DNA from: Marispirochaeta sp.
GTDB taxonomy: Bacteria; Spirochaetota; Spirochaetia; JC444; Marispirochaetaceae
DNA length: 64,000 nucleotides
Assembly: GCA_963676835.2 (NCBI GenBank)
Contig: CAXXFF010000004.1
Location: forward strand, 256,001 to 320,000
Reading direction: 5' to 3'
Under the pieces are notes generated by a model. It made no database searches. It was not told the origin of the DNA and saw only the letters and a list, made by a program, of their open reading frames with translations. The number at the start of each line of letters is the position of its first letter. The stretch's first letter is position 1. Made by a program: the position numbers and the translations under genes. Positions 39,523-49,891 of the stretch are shown here, one piece after another.

Positions 39523-40602
39523 TCAATCCTGACGGGACTTCTCCAGGGATTCCCAGATGCCGAGCATATAGGCTACTCCCATAGCCCGGTCATAAAGACC
39601 GTAGCCGGGCCGGGCCGTCTCTCCCCAGATCATTCTTCCATGGTCGGGGCGGATAATTCCAGCAAAGTGAATATCATGAAAAGCCTTGAGAATCTCATAC
39701 ATATCCAGGGAGCCCTCTGAAGAGAGATGGGCGGCTTCGTCAAAATCCCGCTTTCCCCTCTCATCCCGGTAGTGCACATTACGGATATGACCGAAATGAA
39801 TGCGGCTGCCGAAGCGTCGGATCATGGCGGGCAGATCATTTTCCCGGTTGGCTCCGAGAGAGCCGGTACAGAAGGTCAGCCCACTCCAGGGGCTGTCGGA
39901 CATGGAGAGCAGCCGGGCAATCTTCTCTTCGGAGGTAACAATACGCTGAAGCCCGAAGACCGGCCAGGGAGGATCATCCGGATGAAGGGCCATCTTTACA
40001 CCGTACTTTTCACATGCAGGAATAATCGCATCAAGAAAGTACTTGAGGTTTTCAAAAAGACGGTCTTCGGTAAAACCTTTGTAGGCAGCAAAAAGCTCTT
40101 CAAGCAGTGCAAGCCGCTCAGGCTCCCAGCCAGGCAGTGAAAAACCTTCCGCCTTCTTCTCCATAAGGGCCAGCATGCCCATGGGATCTGCTGTTTCAAC
40201 CAGATCAGCTTCGTAAGAGAGTACCGTGGAGTCATCCTCCAGAGCCTTTGCCAGATCGGACCTGGTCCAGTCAAATACGGGCATAAAGTTATAGCAGATC
40301 AGCCGGATTCCCTCAGAGGAGAGATGCTCCATGGTTTTTATGTAATTCTCTATGGCCCTGTCCCGGCCGGAACGGCCGAGTTTGATATCCTCGTGGATAT
40401 TTACGCTTTCAATACCTTCAACGGTAAGCGCCGCAGCCTCTACCTGCTGCTTCACCGCACGGATATCTTCTACAGGCCAGACCTCCCCAACCGGGATATC
40501 CGGAAGGGAGGTTACCACCCCGCGTACTCCGGGAATCTGGCGAATATGTTTCAGTGGTACACTGTCGTGGTTTGCTCCGAACCATCGGAGGGTCATCTTC
40601 AT
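39523..40602 (-). CDS. uxuA: Mannonate dehydratase
   Basis: MTLRWFG, CYNFMPVFDWTR, HPDDPP, RPDHGR, PGYGLYDRAMG. Confidence 0.95.
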   Translation of the reverse strand: MKMTLRWFGANHDSVPLKHIRQIPGVRGVVTSLPDIPVGEVWPVEDIRAVKQQVEAAALTVEGIESVNIHEDIKLGRSGRDRAIENYIKTMEHLSSEGIRLICYNFMPVFDWTRSDLAKALEDDSTVLSYEADLVETADPMGMLALMEKKAEGFSLPGWEPERLALLEELFAAYKGFTEDRLFENLKYFLDAIIPACEKYGVKMALHPDDPPWPVFGLQRIVTSEEKIARLLSMSDSPWSGLTFCTGSLGANRENDLPAMIRRFGSRIHFGHIRNVHYRDERGKRDFDEAAHLSSEGSLDMYEILKAFHDIHFAGIIRPDHGRMIWGETARPGYGLYDRAMGVAYMLGIWESLEKSRQD

Positions 40603-40703
40603 AAACCGGCCTCACTTAACACGTACTCTTTTCGCCCGGCAAAAAGATACGGGCGGCAGATAAACTGTGAATTAAAGAGTAGTTCATAAAGATGACCACT
40701 GCT

Positions 40704-41723
40704 TTAAAACTCCAGCAGAACCTTGCAGGTTTTCTCAGCATTCTCGGAAACAAACTTGAAGGCTTCCAGGGTCTTCTCAAAGGGATAGACTGCGGTAATC
40801 ATGGGCTGGGGATCGATCTTGCCTTCCGCAAGCCAGCTGATGGCTTCGGGCATACGTCCGTTATTCAGGCGGGTTCCGATAACTTCCAGCTCCCGGCGCA
40901 TAATTTCGATGGGAGGAATGGATGCGGGATTAGAAGAGAATCCCAGCAGCACCAGCCGTGCAGCCTGGGAGGCATACTTGCTTATACACAGCTCCAGCAC
41001 TTTTGTGTTACCCGTAGCCTCGAACAGAAGGGAAGCACCCTCACCGTCGGTAAAATCCTTTATCTCCTTCTCTGCATCCATGGTTTTTGCGTTAATAACC
41101 AGGTCGGCTCCGAGATTTTTGGCAATCTCCAGACGGGAATCAACAATATCCAGAATTGCCACCTTTACATTGTAAAGCTTGGCCGCCTGCAGCACCATAA
41201 GACCGATGGGTCCGGCACCGCAGATAAGAATAGTATCGCCGTCTTCAATCCTGCCCCGCATAAGGGACTGGGAAGCGATGCTGTATGGCTCAATAAGGGC
41301 TGCGTGCTCCCAGGAGAGGGTCTCCGGCAGTACGTAAACATTCTTTGCACTTATACGTAAATATTCCTGAAATCCTCCGGCGGTATGAACACCAAGAACC
41401 TTTACGTTTTTGCAGACATTGGGACGGCCCTTGCGGCAGGCATAGCACTCTCCGCAGGAGAGTACATTATTAATCGCCACCCGGTCGCCCTTCTTAAAGC
41501 CTTCAACACCGCTGCCTACCTCGTGGATTTCACCGGCAAGCTCGTGGCCCATAATGTTGGGGTAGATTGCGAACCCGGAACTGCCGTCGAATATGTGCAG
41601 GTCGGATCCGCAGATCCCTGCGGTCTTTATCTTTACAACTACTTCACCGGCTTCGGCATCTCCACAGTAAGGGATATCAACAATATTAATTACCCCGGGT
41701 TTCTCTATCTGTATTGCTTTCAT
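40704..41723 (-). CDS. Zinc-dependent sugar-acid dehydrogenase (RspB/L-gulonate dehydrogenase-like)
   Basis: GICGSDLH, GHE, CGECYACRKGRPNVC, GAGPIG. Confidence 0.88.
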   Translation of the reverse strand: MKAIQIEKPGVINIVDIPYCGDAEAGEVVVKIKTAGICGSDLHIFDGSSGFAIYPNIMGHELAGEIHEVGSGVEGFKKGDRVAINNVLSCGECYACRKGRPNVCKNVKVLGVHTAGGFQEYLRISAKNVYVLPETLSWEHAALIEPYSIASQSLMRGRIEDGDTILICGAGPIGLMVLQAAKLYNVKVAILDIVDSRLEIAKNLGADLVINAKTMDAEKEIKDFTDGEGASLLFEATGNTKVLELCISKYASQAARLVLLGFSSNPASIPPIEIMRRELEVIGTRLNNGRMPEAISWLAEGKIDPQPMITAVYPFEKTLEAFKFVSENAEKTCKVLLEF

Positions 41724-41766
41724 TTTTCCTCCTCAAGCAGCAGGCTTTATAAGCGAAAAGCCTGAA

Positions 41767-41778
41767 GAAAGCGCTTTC
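41767..41778. promoter_or_regulatory. LacI-family (cre-like) operator
   Basis: Perfect palindrome GAAAGCGCTTTC upstream of the dehydrogenase-uxuA-uxuB genes. Confidence 0.6.
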
Positions 41779-41848
41779 ATAAGCTGTATCAAGCACAATA
41801 TCATGGATATATAAGCAGAGCAAGAAAAACTCTCCTTCGTCCATTTTC

Positions 41849-43093
41849 CTAAGCCTTCAGCATCCGTACATCCATGCTGGACGGCGACTGATAAACCGCC
41901 AGCTCAAAGAACGAAATCGAAGCCAGAAGGTGATCAAAGATATCCGCCTGAAGGCTCTCGTAATTGGCCCATACCTGGTCATTGCTGAATACGTAGATCT
42001 CCAGGGGAAGGCCCTTGTCGGTGGGCTGTAGCTGACGCACCAGGAAGGTCATGTCATTATGGATTTTGGGATGCTCCCGCAGGTAGGCACTTATATAGGC
42101 GCGGAAGATTCCCACGTTGGTCATTCTGCGGCCGTTGATCATCTCCGAGGTGTTGGCCTTTCTGCTGCGGTTCTCCTCATCAATCTCTTTCAGCTTGCTG
42201 TCGATGTAGTCGCCCAATACATCTATACGGCGGAAGCGTTCTGTCATTTCCTGTGTGCAGAACTTGATGCTGTTCATATCCAGATTGATACTGCGCTTGA
42301 TACGCCTGCCGCCGGATTCGCTCATTCCCCGCCAGTTGCGGAAAGAGTTGGAAACCAGACTGTAAATAGGCACAGAGACAATGGTCTTGTCGAAGTTCTG
42401 CACCGTCACTGTCTGCAGGGTAAGATCAAGGACATCCCCGTCGGCTCCATAGGCAGGCACGGTTATCCAGTCCCCGATGCGAATCATATCGTTGCCGGTG
42501 AGCTGAATGGAAGCAACAAGGCCCATAATGGCGTCCTTGAAGACCAGAAGAATTATGGCACTCATGGCACCTATTCCGGAGAGAATACCAAGGGGCGACC
42601 GGTCAGCAAGGGTGGTGATAATAAGAACAATTCCGACAATCACCACAAATATTTTCAGTACCTGAAGATAGCCTTTTATGGGCCTGCTTTTGGAAATTTC
42701 ATAGGTTTTGTAGATAACATTGACTGCACTCAGCAGGGAGTTGATAACCAGAATACAGACCCCGGTAATATATGCCAGCACAAAGCGCTGCAGGATGATA
42801 CTTATTGAGGGAAGGGAACTGAAAATCGGCGGAATAAAAAGATAGATCAGCAGCGCCGGGATAATGCGGGTTGCCCGGGAAAGAACCCCCTGCTCCACAA
42901 TAATATCATCCCAGCGGGTGGATGTTCTGCGTACAATCCGCGAAACAACCTTTTTCAGAATCAGCCTGATTACCGCATTTATCAGAACACTGGCCAGCAG
43001 GAGAAGTAGAGATAACGAGAGGACGCTCAGAACTGAAGCATGGATCCCGGAGAAACCGAGATCCATAAAGAGCCTGGAAACTGCCTCGTTCAT
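41849..43093 (-). CDS. Mechanosensitive ion channel (MscS family, YbdG-like)
   Basis: FKDAIMGLVASIQ, GDWI..P..GADG, F.NWRGM.ESGGRRIKR, LVRQLQP. Confidence 0.92.
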   Translation of the reverse strand: MNEAVSRLFMDLGFSGIHASVLSVLSLSLLLLLASVLINAVIRLILKKVVSRIVRRTSTRWDDIIVEQGVLSRATRIIPALLIYLFIPPIFSSLPSISIILQRFVLAYITGVCILVINSLLSAVNVIYKTYEISKSRPIKGYLQVLKIFVVIVGIVLIITTLADRSPLGILSGIGAMSAIILLVFKDAIMGLVASIQLTGNDMIRIGDWITVPAYGADGDVLDLTLQTVTVQNFDKTIVSVPIYSLVSNSFRNWRGMSESGGRRIKRSINLDMNSIKFCTQEMTERFRRIDVLGDYIDSKLKEIDEENRSRKANTSEMINGRRMTNVGIFRAYISAYLREHPKIHNDMTFLVRQLQPTDKGLPLEIYVFSNDQVWANYESLQADIFDHLLASISFFELAVYQSPSSMDVRMLKA

Positions 43094-44097
43094 GCCAGTC
43101 CCGGAAGATGCCGGGAAAGGACATCGTCCATCAGTTTGAGATCTTCTTCAGACAGGCGAACATCACCGGCCTTGGCATTTTCTGTTACCTGATCAACATT
43201 CCGCGCTCCCGCAAGTACATGGGTACATCCTGGCTGATGAAAGGTCCAGGCGATGGCAAGCTGGGCCAGATTCACCTTATGAGCTTCCGCCACCGGACTG
43301 AATTCATCCAGCATAGACAGAATCTTTTTCCTGTTTTCAATGCTGAAGCGGGGATTATCAAGCCGCTGATCCCCGGGGTTGAACTCCCGATCCGGCCCCA
43401 CCTTGCCGGTAAGCAGGCCCTGTCCGATGGGACTGTAAGCGAGAAATGCAAGGCCCTCCTTTTCGGCAAAACCGCGCTGTTCCGCAGCATGGGGCATATC
43501 CAGCATGGAGAATTTCTCCTGATCCGATGCAAGGGGCCCGACAGCCCCATAAGCCTTCATCTCTTCCGGACTTGCATTGCAGACACCGATTGCCCGGATC
43601 TTTCCCTGGTCCTTCATTTTCAGAAGCATAGCCATGGTGTCTTCGATTGGTGTGTTGAGCCGTTCCTGCCAGTGGGTCTGCATAAGGTCGATACAGTCGG
43701 TCTGCAGACGCTTCAGGCTTATTTCAATCTCGTTACGGACCGATTCAGGATCCAGGAAAATGTGAATATCCACCGGTTTCGGTCCAGCGGGAGTATCCAT
43801 CTGATGGGAGAAAAAGTAGCGCCCCACCTTCTCGTCCCAGCGCATACCGCACTTACTGGCAAGCACAACCTTGTCCCGGCGGTCGGCAATTGCTCTGCCC
43901 ACAACCTCCTCGGAGTGGCCGAAGCCGTAAATAGGAGCTGTATCTATAAAATCGATTCCTGCCTCAATTGCTGCATGTATAGCCCGAACGGCTTCGTTGT
44001 CGTCGGAACCGCCCCACTTCCAGCCGCCTATAGCCCAGGCGCCGAAGGCAACAACCGATGCATCTATCCCGGATTTTCCTAAAGGTCTTCTCAGCAT
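43090..44097 (-). CDS. Aldo/keto reductase
   Basis: GAWAIGG, DTAPIYGFGHSE, SLKRLQTD.IDL, YSPIGQGLLTGK. Confidence 0.92.
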   Translation of the reverse strand: MLRRPLGKSGIDASVVAFGAWAIGGWKWGGSDDNEAVRAIHAAIEAGIDFIDTAPIYGFGHSEEVVGRAIADRRDKVVLASKCGMRWDEKVGRYFFSHQMDTPAGPKPVDIHIFLDPESVRNEIEISLKRLQTDCIDLMQTHWQERLNTPIEDTMAMLLKMKDQGKIRAIGVCNASPEEMKAYGAVGPLASDQEKFSMLDMPHAAEQRGFAEKEGLAFLAYSPIGQGLLTGKVGPDREFNPGDQRLDNPRFSIENRKKILSMLDEFSPVAEAHKVNLAQLAIAWTFHQPGCTHVLAGARNVDQVTENAKAGDVRLSEEDLKLMDDVLSRHLPGLA

Positions 44098-44206
44098 GAC
44101 AAATCTCCTTTTGCATATTTCCTGTACCTCTAACCATACCAGAGGCTTAAGGTGAGGGCAAATAAAATTGTCTGGATTGAAGAGTCGAAACCACCTCCCC
44201 GGAATA

Positions 44207-45016
44207 TCACCGGAAAAGTGTTTTCATCCTCCAGTGAAGCCGAAGGTCAAAGAGACCCAAGAAAGAAGAGCCTCCAGGTTCCTTCTTTCTGCTCTTTTCA
44301 AGGATCCTGTTCAAAACCTGCCAGCGGTGAATATTCTCCAACGGAACTGGTTCCCGGCCGAAGTAGCCCTTCAGGTAGCTGTCCGCCAGCTTGTACCGGA
44401 ACAGAAAACTTGTCAGAATCCGGGGAAAGATACGGGTGTTGATTGCAGACAGGGATGCTGCAATATCTGCAAGAGGATCTCCGGCAAAAGCCTGTTTCCA
44501 GTCAATAAGAATCAGGCCGTTCTGTCCCTGCAGGATGTGACCGGGATGAAAAGCCCCATGGCACAGCCTGTCATTACGGCTTTTCATAACAAAAAGGAGC
44601 ATATTCTTTTTTATCTTTTCCGGGATGCCCCTGCATTCCTCTATTACAGGCTTATATATACGGTGGGCATCCGGCAGCCCTTCCGAGGGACGAATGTGCA
44701 GATTGCGATGCATCATTCCCAGACTCAAGCCTACTTCCCCGGCATTAATCAGCCGGATATCTTCGCATAGCGATCTTCCCCGGATAAAATCCATGGAAAT
44801 ACTGATTCTCCCCTGATGCTGGCCCGGCGGCTGCATGGCAACAGACTTGTCGTAGACCCGGTTGATAAAAACAGAACGTTCATACTCTTCGGTAGCCGCC
44901 ACAAGACTGTATCCGGGGAGAAACAGCTTTACCGCTTCGGTATCAGAAACCTTAAAAATATCTGCTGTTCTTCCCCGGGCAAGGAGCTCCCACTCTCCGG
45001 GAGATTTTATTTTCAT
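44207..45016 (-). CDS. Aminoglycoside phosphotransferase-like kinase
   Basis: GRTADIF, LCHGAFHPGHIL, IDW; the usual HGDxxxxN catalytic D and N appear as A and H. Confidence 0.65.
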   Translation of the reverse strand: MKIKSPGEWELLARGRTADIFKVSDTEAVKLFLPGYSLVAATEEYERSVFINRVYDKSVAMQPPGQHQGRISISMDFIRGRSLCEDIRLINAGEVGLSLGMMHRNLHIRPSEGLPDAHRIYKPVIEECRGIPEKIKKNMLLFVMKSRNDRLCHGAFHPGHILQGQNGLILIDWKQAFAGDPLADIAASLSAINTRIFPRILTSFLFRYKLADSYLKGYFGREPVPLENIHRWQVLNRILEKSRKKEPGGSSFLGLFDLRLHWRMKTLFR

Positions 45017-45140
45017 GGGCCAATGGTATCATGGAGGGTAATTTCTAAAAAGCCGATAATTTCCTTAAGCCTCAGGTTGCCATATACGGGCATAAGATAT
45101 AGTGTATACAAAACCTGTTGCTGCAGAAAACGGAGACATC

Positions 45141-46136
45141 ATGCTCGCTGCCTTTATACGTCTTATCGGCCTTGTCCTTACGGGGTACCTGATTTTCAGA
45201 TCTGAAAAAATCCGCAAGAAATTCCTGCCTGTTGCCTCCATGCTCACCCTGAATTTTCTTTTTCCGTCCTATTACATTACCCGCTATGGAATGACCTGGG
45301 ATGCCGCCTTCAGCAAAGGCGCCTATTGGATGCCCATCTTTTTTGTTATGTGCACCCTTACCCTGTTTGTTCAGTACATGATCATCCGGGGTCTTTTGAA
45401 ATACACTAAGATCTTTTCCTCCCTGGCGGATGACCATAAAACCGAGTTTATGCTGCTCTTTGCGGTTCACAATCTGGGATACGTACCCCTGCCTATTTTT
45501 GAGGCCATTGCCCCGCCGGAAATGCTGATTTACCTGTTTACCTACATAATGGCCTACCAGCTGATCTTCTGGAGCCTGGCGGTGAACGTAATTAAACACA
45601 AACCGGGCGAGCCCTTTCAGATGAACTTCCGCTTCAGCGTTCCTTTCTATGGAATACTTATGGGTATTCTTCTGGCTTCAACGGGCCTTTACGACTACAT
45701 CCCCCGGATAATTGCCGCTCCTGTGGAAAAATATTCCCGCTTTGCCATGGATGCCATCATGATTATACTCGGCGGGATCCTTGCTGGAGTCCCCAGGGGC
45801 AACCTCAAAGACCATAAAGAGTTTCTCCCCTTTCTACTCTACCGTCAGGTTCTCTACCCCCTGACGGTTCTGATTGTGTTTGTTGTACTCAGACTGGTTT
45901 TCAAGGGGCCTGCCCTGTTTCCGGGAGCCGGCATTGATATCAGCAACACCTGGCGCTGGCTGCAGCTTTTTCTGGTAATTGAGGCCGCAGTGCCCCCTGC
46001 CACCAACATTATGGTTGCCATCCAGAACTATGGACGGCCGGAACAGCTGGCCTACTCCGGCAACGGAATCATCATCTCCTACCTGGGAGCCGCAGTGAGT
46101 CTGCCGGTATTCGTTATTCTTGCTTACTATGTTTAA
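45141..46136 (+). CDS. AEC family transporter
   Basis: HNLGYVPLP, EAAVPPATN; about 10 TM. Confidence 0.8.
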   Translation: MLAAFIRLIGLVLTGYLIFRSEKIRKKFLPVASMLTLNFLFPSYYITRYGMTWDAAFSKGAYWMPIFFVMCTLTLFVQYMIIRGLLKYTKIFSSLADDHKTEFMLLFAVHNLGYVPLPIFEAIAPPEMLIYLFTYIMAYQLIFWSLAVNVIKHKPGEPFQMNFRFSVPFYGILMGILLASTGLYDYIPRIIAAPVEKYSRFAMDAIMIILGGILAGVPRGNLKDHKEFLPFLLYRQVLYPLTVLIVFVVLRLVFKGPALFPGAGIDISNTWRWLQLFLVIEAAVPPATNIMVAIQNYGRPEQLAYSGNGIIISYLGAAVSLPVFVILAYYV

Positions 46137-46144
46137 AGCTCTCT

Positions 46145-49100
46145 TTATGGCTTCTGCAAATATCGATTAAGACAGCCGAACAGGGACTTCTCGTTTACCG
46201 GTTTTGCAATAAAGTCATTCATCCCGGCATCATAGCAGCGTTGTATGTCTTCAGGGAAAGTATGGGCGGTTAGAGCAATTATAGTAACCGGTGAAGTCCC
46301 ATGCTGCTCCTCATACTCCCGGATAGCCCGGGCTGCCTCTATCCCGCTCATTTTCGGCATACTCAGATCCATGAGTATCAGACCGTATGATTTCCGGGTA
46401 GCCGCTTCAAATGCTTCCTGACCATTTACCGCAGTATCTATATCAAAGCCTTTTGACACCAGGAGGCTGCGTAGATAGAGCCGGTTTATAGCCTCATCCT
46501 CACACAGGAGTACCGTGTAGGAAAGATTTTCAAGCCGGGGCGGCTCTTCTGCTTCCAGTGGCTCTGCAGCTGGCTGTTCGGGAGCCGGGGCAAGGGGAAT
46601 AAGCAGAGTAAAGCGGGTCCCTTCTTCGGGTTTACTGGCAACCTTAATGCTCCCATGCATACTCTCCACCAGCTGCTTTACAATTGCCAGACCAAGGCCG
46701 ACACCGCGGGTTTTTTTGGTGTACCCCGAGTCCAGCTGCAGAAAACTGTCAAAAATTCTCTCCGCATCCTGCTCAGGAATCCCCACACCGGTATCTATAA
46801 CCTCAATACAGTACATATCAGTGATGTCATCTTTCAGAATGAGCTCAATACCGCCCTGTTCGGTATATTTGACCGCATTGCTGAGAAGATTGGCAACAAT
46901 CTGGATGAGCCGTCCCTCGTCTCCCAGTACCTTATCCGGCAGACTTTTCAGCTCTGAACGATAGCGGTAGGTCAGTCCTTTTTCTTCCGCAAGACTCAAA
47001 AATACTCGATTCAGGTAATCCATAACCGAGGTGAGCTGAAACGGTTCACTTACCAGCTGCAGAGATCCAGCTTGAAGACTCTCAAAATCCAGAAGATCAT
47101 TCACCAGGCGGTTAAGGCTGTTAACCGCAGTTTTTGACTGTTCAATATAGGATCGCTGCTCACCGCTCAGCCGGGTTCCTCCCAGCATGGAGAGCATACC
47201 GAAAATCCCGGTAAGGGGAGTGCGGATTTCATGGCTCATATTGGCCATAAACAGCCCTTTGGCCCGGTTAGCCTCCTCCGCTGCCAGCCTGGCCTCCTCA
47301 ATCTCCCGGGTGCGTTCAATAACCTTCCGGTCCAGCTCTTCGGCCCGCTGTTCCTGCTCGACCAGCTTTGCTTCTGCCAGCAGAGCCTTACGGCTGTTAA
47401 AATAAACGAACATAAGCACAAGCAGCACAAGAAGAACCTGATACACAATTTTCGCAGGAAGAGACCAGTACCATGGGGGAAGAACCCGCACAGAAAGGGA
47501 GATCCCCTCACGGTTCCAGTTGCCCTGACTTCCCGCTCCTGTAACCCGCAGGGTATACAGACCCGGGTCAAGGTTTGTGTAGCGCAGGGGTTCACGCTGA
47601 TCAAGATTAATCCACTGGTCATCGAAACCCTCAAGACGGTAGGCGTAGACATTATGCTCGGGAGCAGAATAATCCAGAGCGGAAAACTCCACAGAGAAAA
47701 ACCGGTCTGTATGGGAAAGCCGCAGCTCCTGTCTTTTTCCTGATTTGATGACCGTAAATGGAGCTGGATCAATTTTTCGCCCCATGACCTCCAGCCCAAC
47801 AATAACCACAGGAGGCACATATCCGGAGCCGCCCTCTTTGGGGTTGGTTACAACGGTAACACCATTTATACCACCCACAAAAACTTCGCCTTCCCGCCCT
47901 TTGGCAAACCCGTTGGTAAGCTCATCGGTGTAGAGCCCGTTGGTGCTTTTAATGGAGCGAATACTTCCCGAATCCGGCTCAAAGACCGATATCCCCCGGT
48001 TGGTACTCAGCCAGAGCTCTCCCGGGCGGTATTCGAGGATTCCGGTAATAAAATTACTTACCAGACCATCCCGGCGGCTGATATAACTGAAATCCCCTGT
48101 CCCGGAATGATAGAGATTCAGCCCGCCGGTTGTCCCGGCCCAGATTCTGCCTTTTGAATCCTCAAAAAGTGCCCGGATATTTGCGTCACTGAGTGTGCGG
48201 GTATCCATATGCTGATGCAGATGGGAAGTAATTCTTCCCCCTTCAGGATCATAGGAGTTAAGACCCCGGTTGGTGCCCAGCCATATGCTGCCGGCAGAAT
48301 CCTCAATAATGACCCGGACAAGATTATCTGAAATACGGTAGACCGCATCCTCATCCGAGGAGAATGAGAGAACCTGTCCGGTCTTTCTGTTTACGGCAAC
48401 AGCGCCGGCACTGTTTGTGCCGAACCACAGCTGACCCCGGGAATCTTCAAGGATGGAAAAGATTGTTCCCTCGGGAATCGGAAAATCAGGATCCCCGGGA
48501 TAGATACGCTGAAAGTCGTCGGTCTCCTTCCGGTAGCGGTTGAGTCCGTCGTTGGTGCCGATCCACAGCTCTCCCCCATGGTCGCGGTAGATCGTATTTA
48601 CAATATCGTTACTGAGACTTGTTTCATCTTCCTGTGAGTAACGGTAATGTTCCATGACGCCAGAATCCGGATGCCAGAGGTGGAGTCCCCCGGAGTAGAC
48701 ACCGATCCAGACAGATCCGTCTTCATTCTGGAGAACCGCTTCAACTTTGCCGGGAGGCAGTGACTCCGGGTCGGCAGGATCGTTGACCAGAAACTCATAG
48801 CGGTTTTTCCACTCCACATACTTGCTTATGCCGCCGCCGTTGGTTCCTATCCAGAGAATCCCCGAGGCATCCTCAAAAATGGAGTAAACCACATCATGCT
48901 TCAGCCCGTCACCGGTAAGGGGAGTCGATTCGGTTATGTGTTCAGTTTTTCCCGTATCCGGATCGAGAACGATAAGCCCGCCGCCCCAGGTTCCTGCCCA
49001 GAGACGCCCCCTGGAATCAACAAAAACCTGATACACATCCTTATAGGGGAGCTCAAATGTTTTTACCCCGCCGCTGCGGGTATCAAAACGGCTCACACCT

Positions 49101-49849
49101 CCTCCCCAGAATCCAAGATAGAGAGCCCCTGAATCCCGGGGATCCTGGACAATGCTCATCACATAGGGAGACGGAAGGGATTCGGCATAAACGGTAAAGC
49201 TATCATCCTCAGAGGGATTATACCGGCAGAGCCCTGCATAGGTGCCGGCCCATAATACTCCCTGATCATCCACAAACAGAGTTCGGATAACACTGTTTGG
49301 AAGGGTTCCCTCCACATCTTCTTCCGCAAAATAGCGGCGGAATGTACCGGCCTCTTCATCCAGACAGTTGAGCCCGTCCAGGGTGCCCGCCCAGAGCCGC
49401 CCTTCTGCATCCCGCACAATGGAAACAACCACATTGTGGCTCAGGGAGGAGGGATCGTCATCATCTCTGGCATAGACGGTAAACTCTCCGGTATCCGGAT
49501 CAAGACGGTTGAGCCCGCCATAGGTCCCGAGCCAGATAATACCGTCATCCTCGATATACATAGTCTGAATAAGGTTATGGGAGAGAGTATTGCGGTTGAA
49601 GGGATCGTGTTCATACAGGGTAAAATCATAGCCGTCGTACCGGTTTAATCCTGCCTGGGTGGCAAACCAGAGAAAGCCGTTATTATCCTGCCCGATTTTA
49701 GAGACCGATGAACTGGCAAGACCATCGCTGGTTGTGAGAGAGTCAAAACGGAGATTTTCGGGAAGAGGCACTGCAGAAAGGACTGAACCAAGAAAAACAA
49801 GTAGAAGCAGCCGAAGAGCCGCCGGTCTTAAACCAAAGAGTACATCCAC
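46145..49849 (-). CDS. Hybrid sensor histidine kinase (beta-propeller/Y_Y_Y sensor, HisKA, HATPase, receiver)
   Basis: Repeated LW.GT..GL motifs, YAYRLEGFD, FMANMSHEIRTPL, NAVKYT, GVGLGLAI, LMDLSMPKMSG. Confidence 0.93.
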   Translation of the reverse strand: MDVLFGLRPAALRLLLLVFLGSVLSAVPLPENLRFDSLTTSDGLASSSVSKIGQDNNGFLWFATQAGLNRYDGYDFTLYEHDPFNRNTLSHNLIQTMYIEDDGIIWLGTYGGLNRLDPDTGEFTVYARDDDDPSSLSHNVVVSIVRDAEGRLWAGTLDGLNCLDEEAGTFRRYFAEEDVEGTLPNSVIRTLFVDDQGVLWAGTYAGLCRYNPSEDDSFTVYAESLPSPYVMSIVQDPRDSGALYLGFWGGGVSRFDTRSGGVKTFELPYKDVYQVFVDSRGRLWAGTWGGGLIVLDPDTGKTEHITESTPLTGDGLKHDVVYSIFEDASGILWIGTNGGGISKYVEWKNRYEFLVNDPADPESLPPGKVEAVLQNEDGSVWIGVYSGGLHLWHPDSGVMEHYRYSQEDETSLSNDIVNTIYRDHGGELWIGTNDGLNRYRKETDDFQRIYPGDPDFPIPEGTIFSILEDSRGQLWFGTNSAGAVAVNRKTGQVLSFSSDEDAVYRISDNLVRVIIEDSAGSIWLGTNRGLNSYDPEGGRITSHLHQHMDTRTLSDANIRALFEDSKGRIWAGTTGGLNLYHSGTGDFSYISRRDGLVSNFITGILEYRPGELWLSTNRGISVFEPDSGSIRSIKSTNGLYTDELTNGFAKGREGEVFVGGINGVTVVTNPKEGGSGYVPPVVIVGLEVMGRKIDPAPFTVIKSGKRQELRLSHTDRFFSVEFSALDYSAPEHNVYAYRLEGFDDQWINLDQREPLRYTNLDPGLYTLRVTGAGSQGNWNREGISLSVRVLPPWYWSLPAKIVYQVLLVLLVLMFVYFNSRKALLAEAKLVEQEQRAEELDRKVIERTREIEEARLAAEEANRAKGLFMANMSHEIRTPLTGIFGMLSMLGGTRLSGEQRSYIEQSKTAVNSLNRLVNDLLDFESLQAGSLQLVSEPFQLTSVMDYLNRVFLSLAEEKGLTYRYRSELKSLPDKVLGDEGRLIQIVANLLSNAVKYTEQGGIELILKDDITDMYCIEVIDTGVGIPEQDAERIFDSFLQLDSGYTKKTRGVGLGLAIVKQLVESMHGSIKVASKPEEGTRFTLLIPLAPAPEQPAAEPLEAEEPPRLENLSYTVLLCEDEAINRLYLRSLLVSKGFDIDTAVNGQEAFEAATRKSYGLILMDLSMPKMSGIEAARAIREYEEQHGTSPVTIIALTAHTFPEDIQRCYDAGMNDFIAKPVNEKSLFGCLNRYLQKP

Positions 49850-49891
49850 ATAAACAAGTATAAAATAAGCGCAGGAAAGAGCAAGCTTTTT

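Noticed and set aside
43108..44082. Long antisense ORF (324 aa), and similar ones at 10819-11688, 5625-6371, 42059-42808, 28549-29268
   Set aside because: Shadow frames of well-supported genes on the opposite strand, with no motifs.
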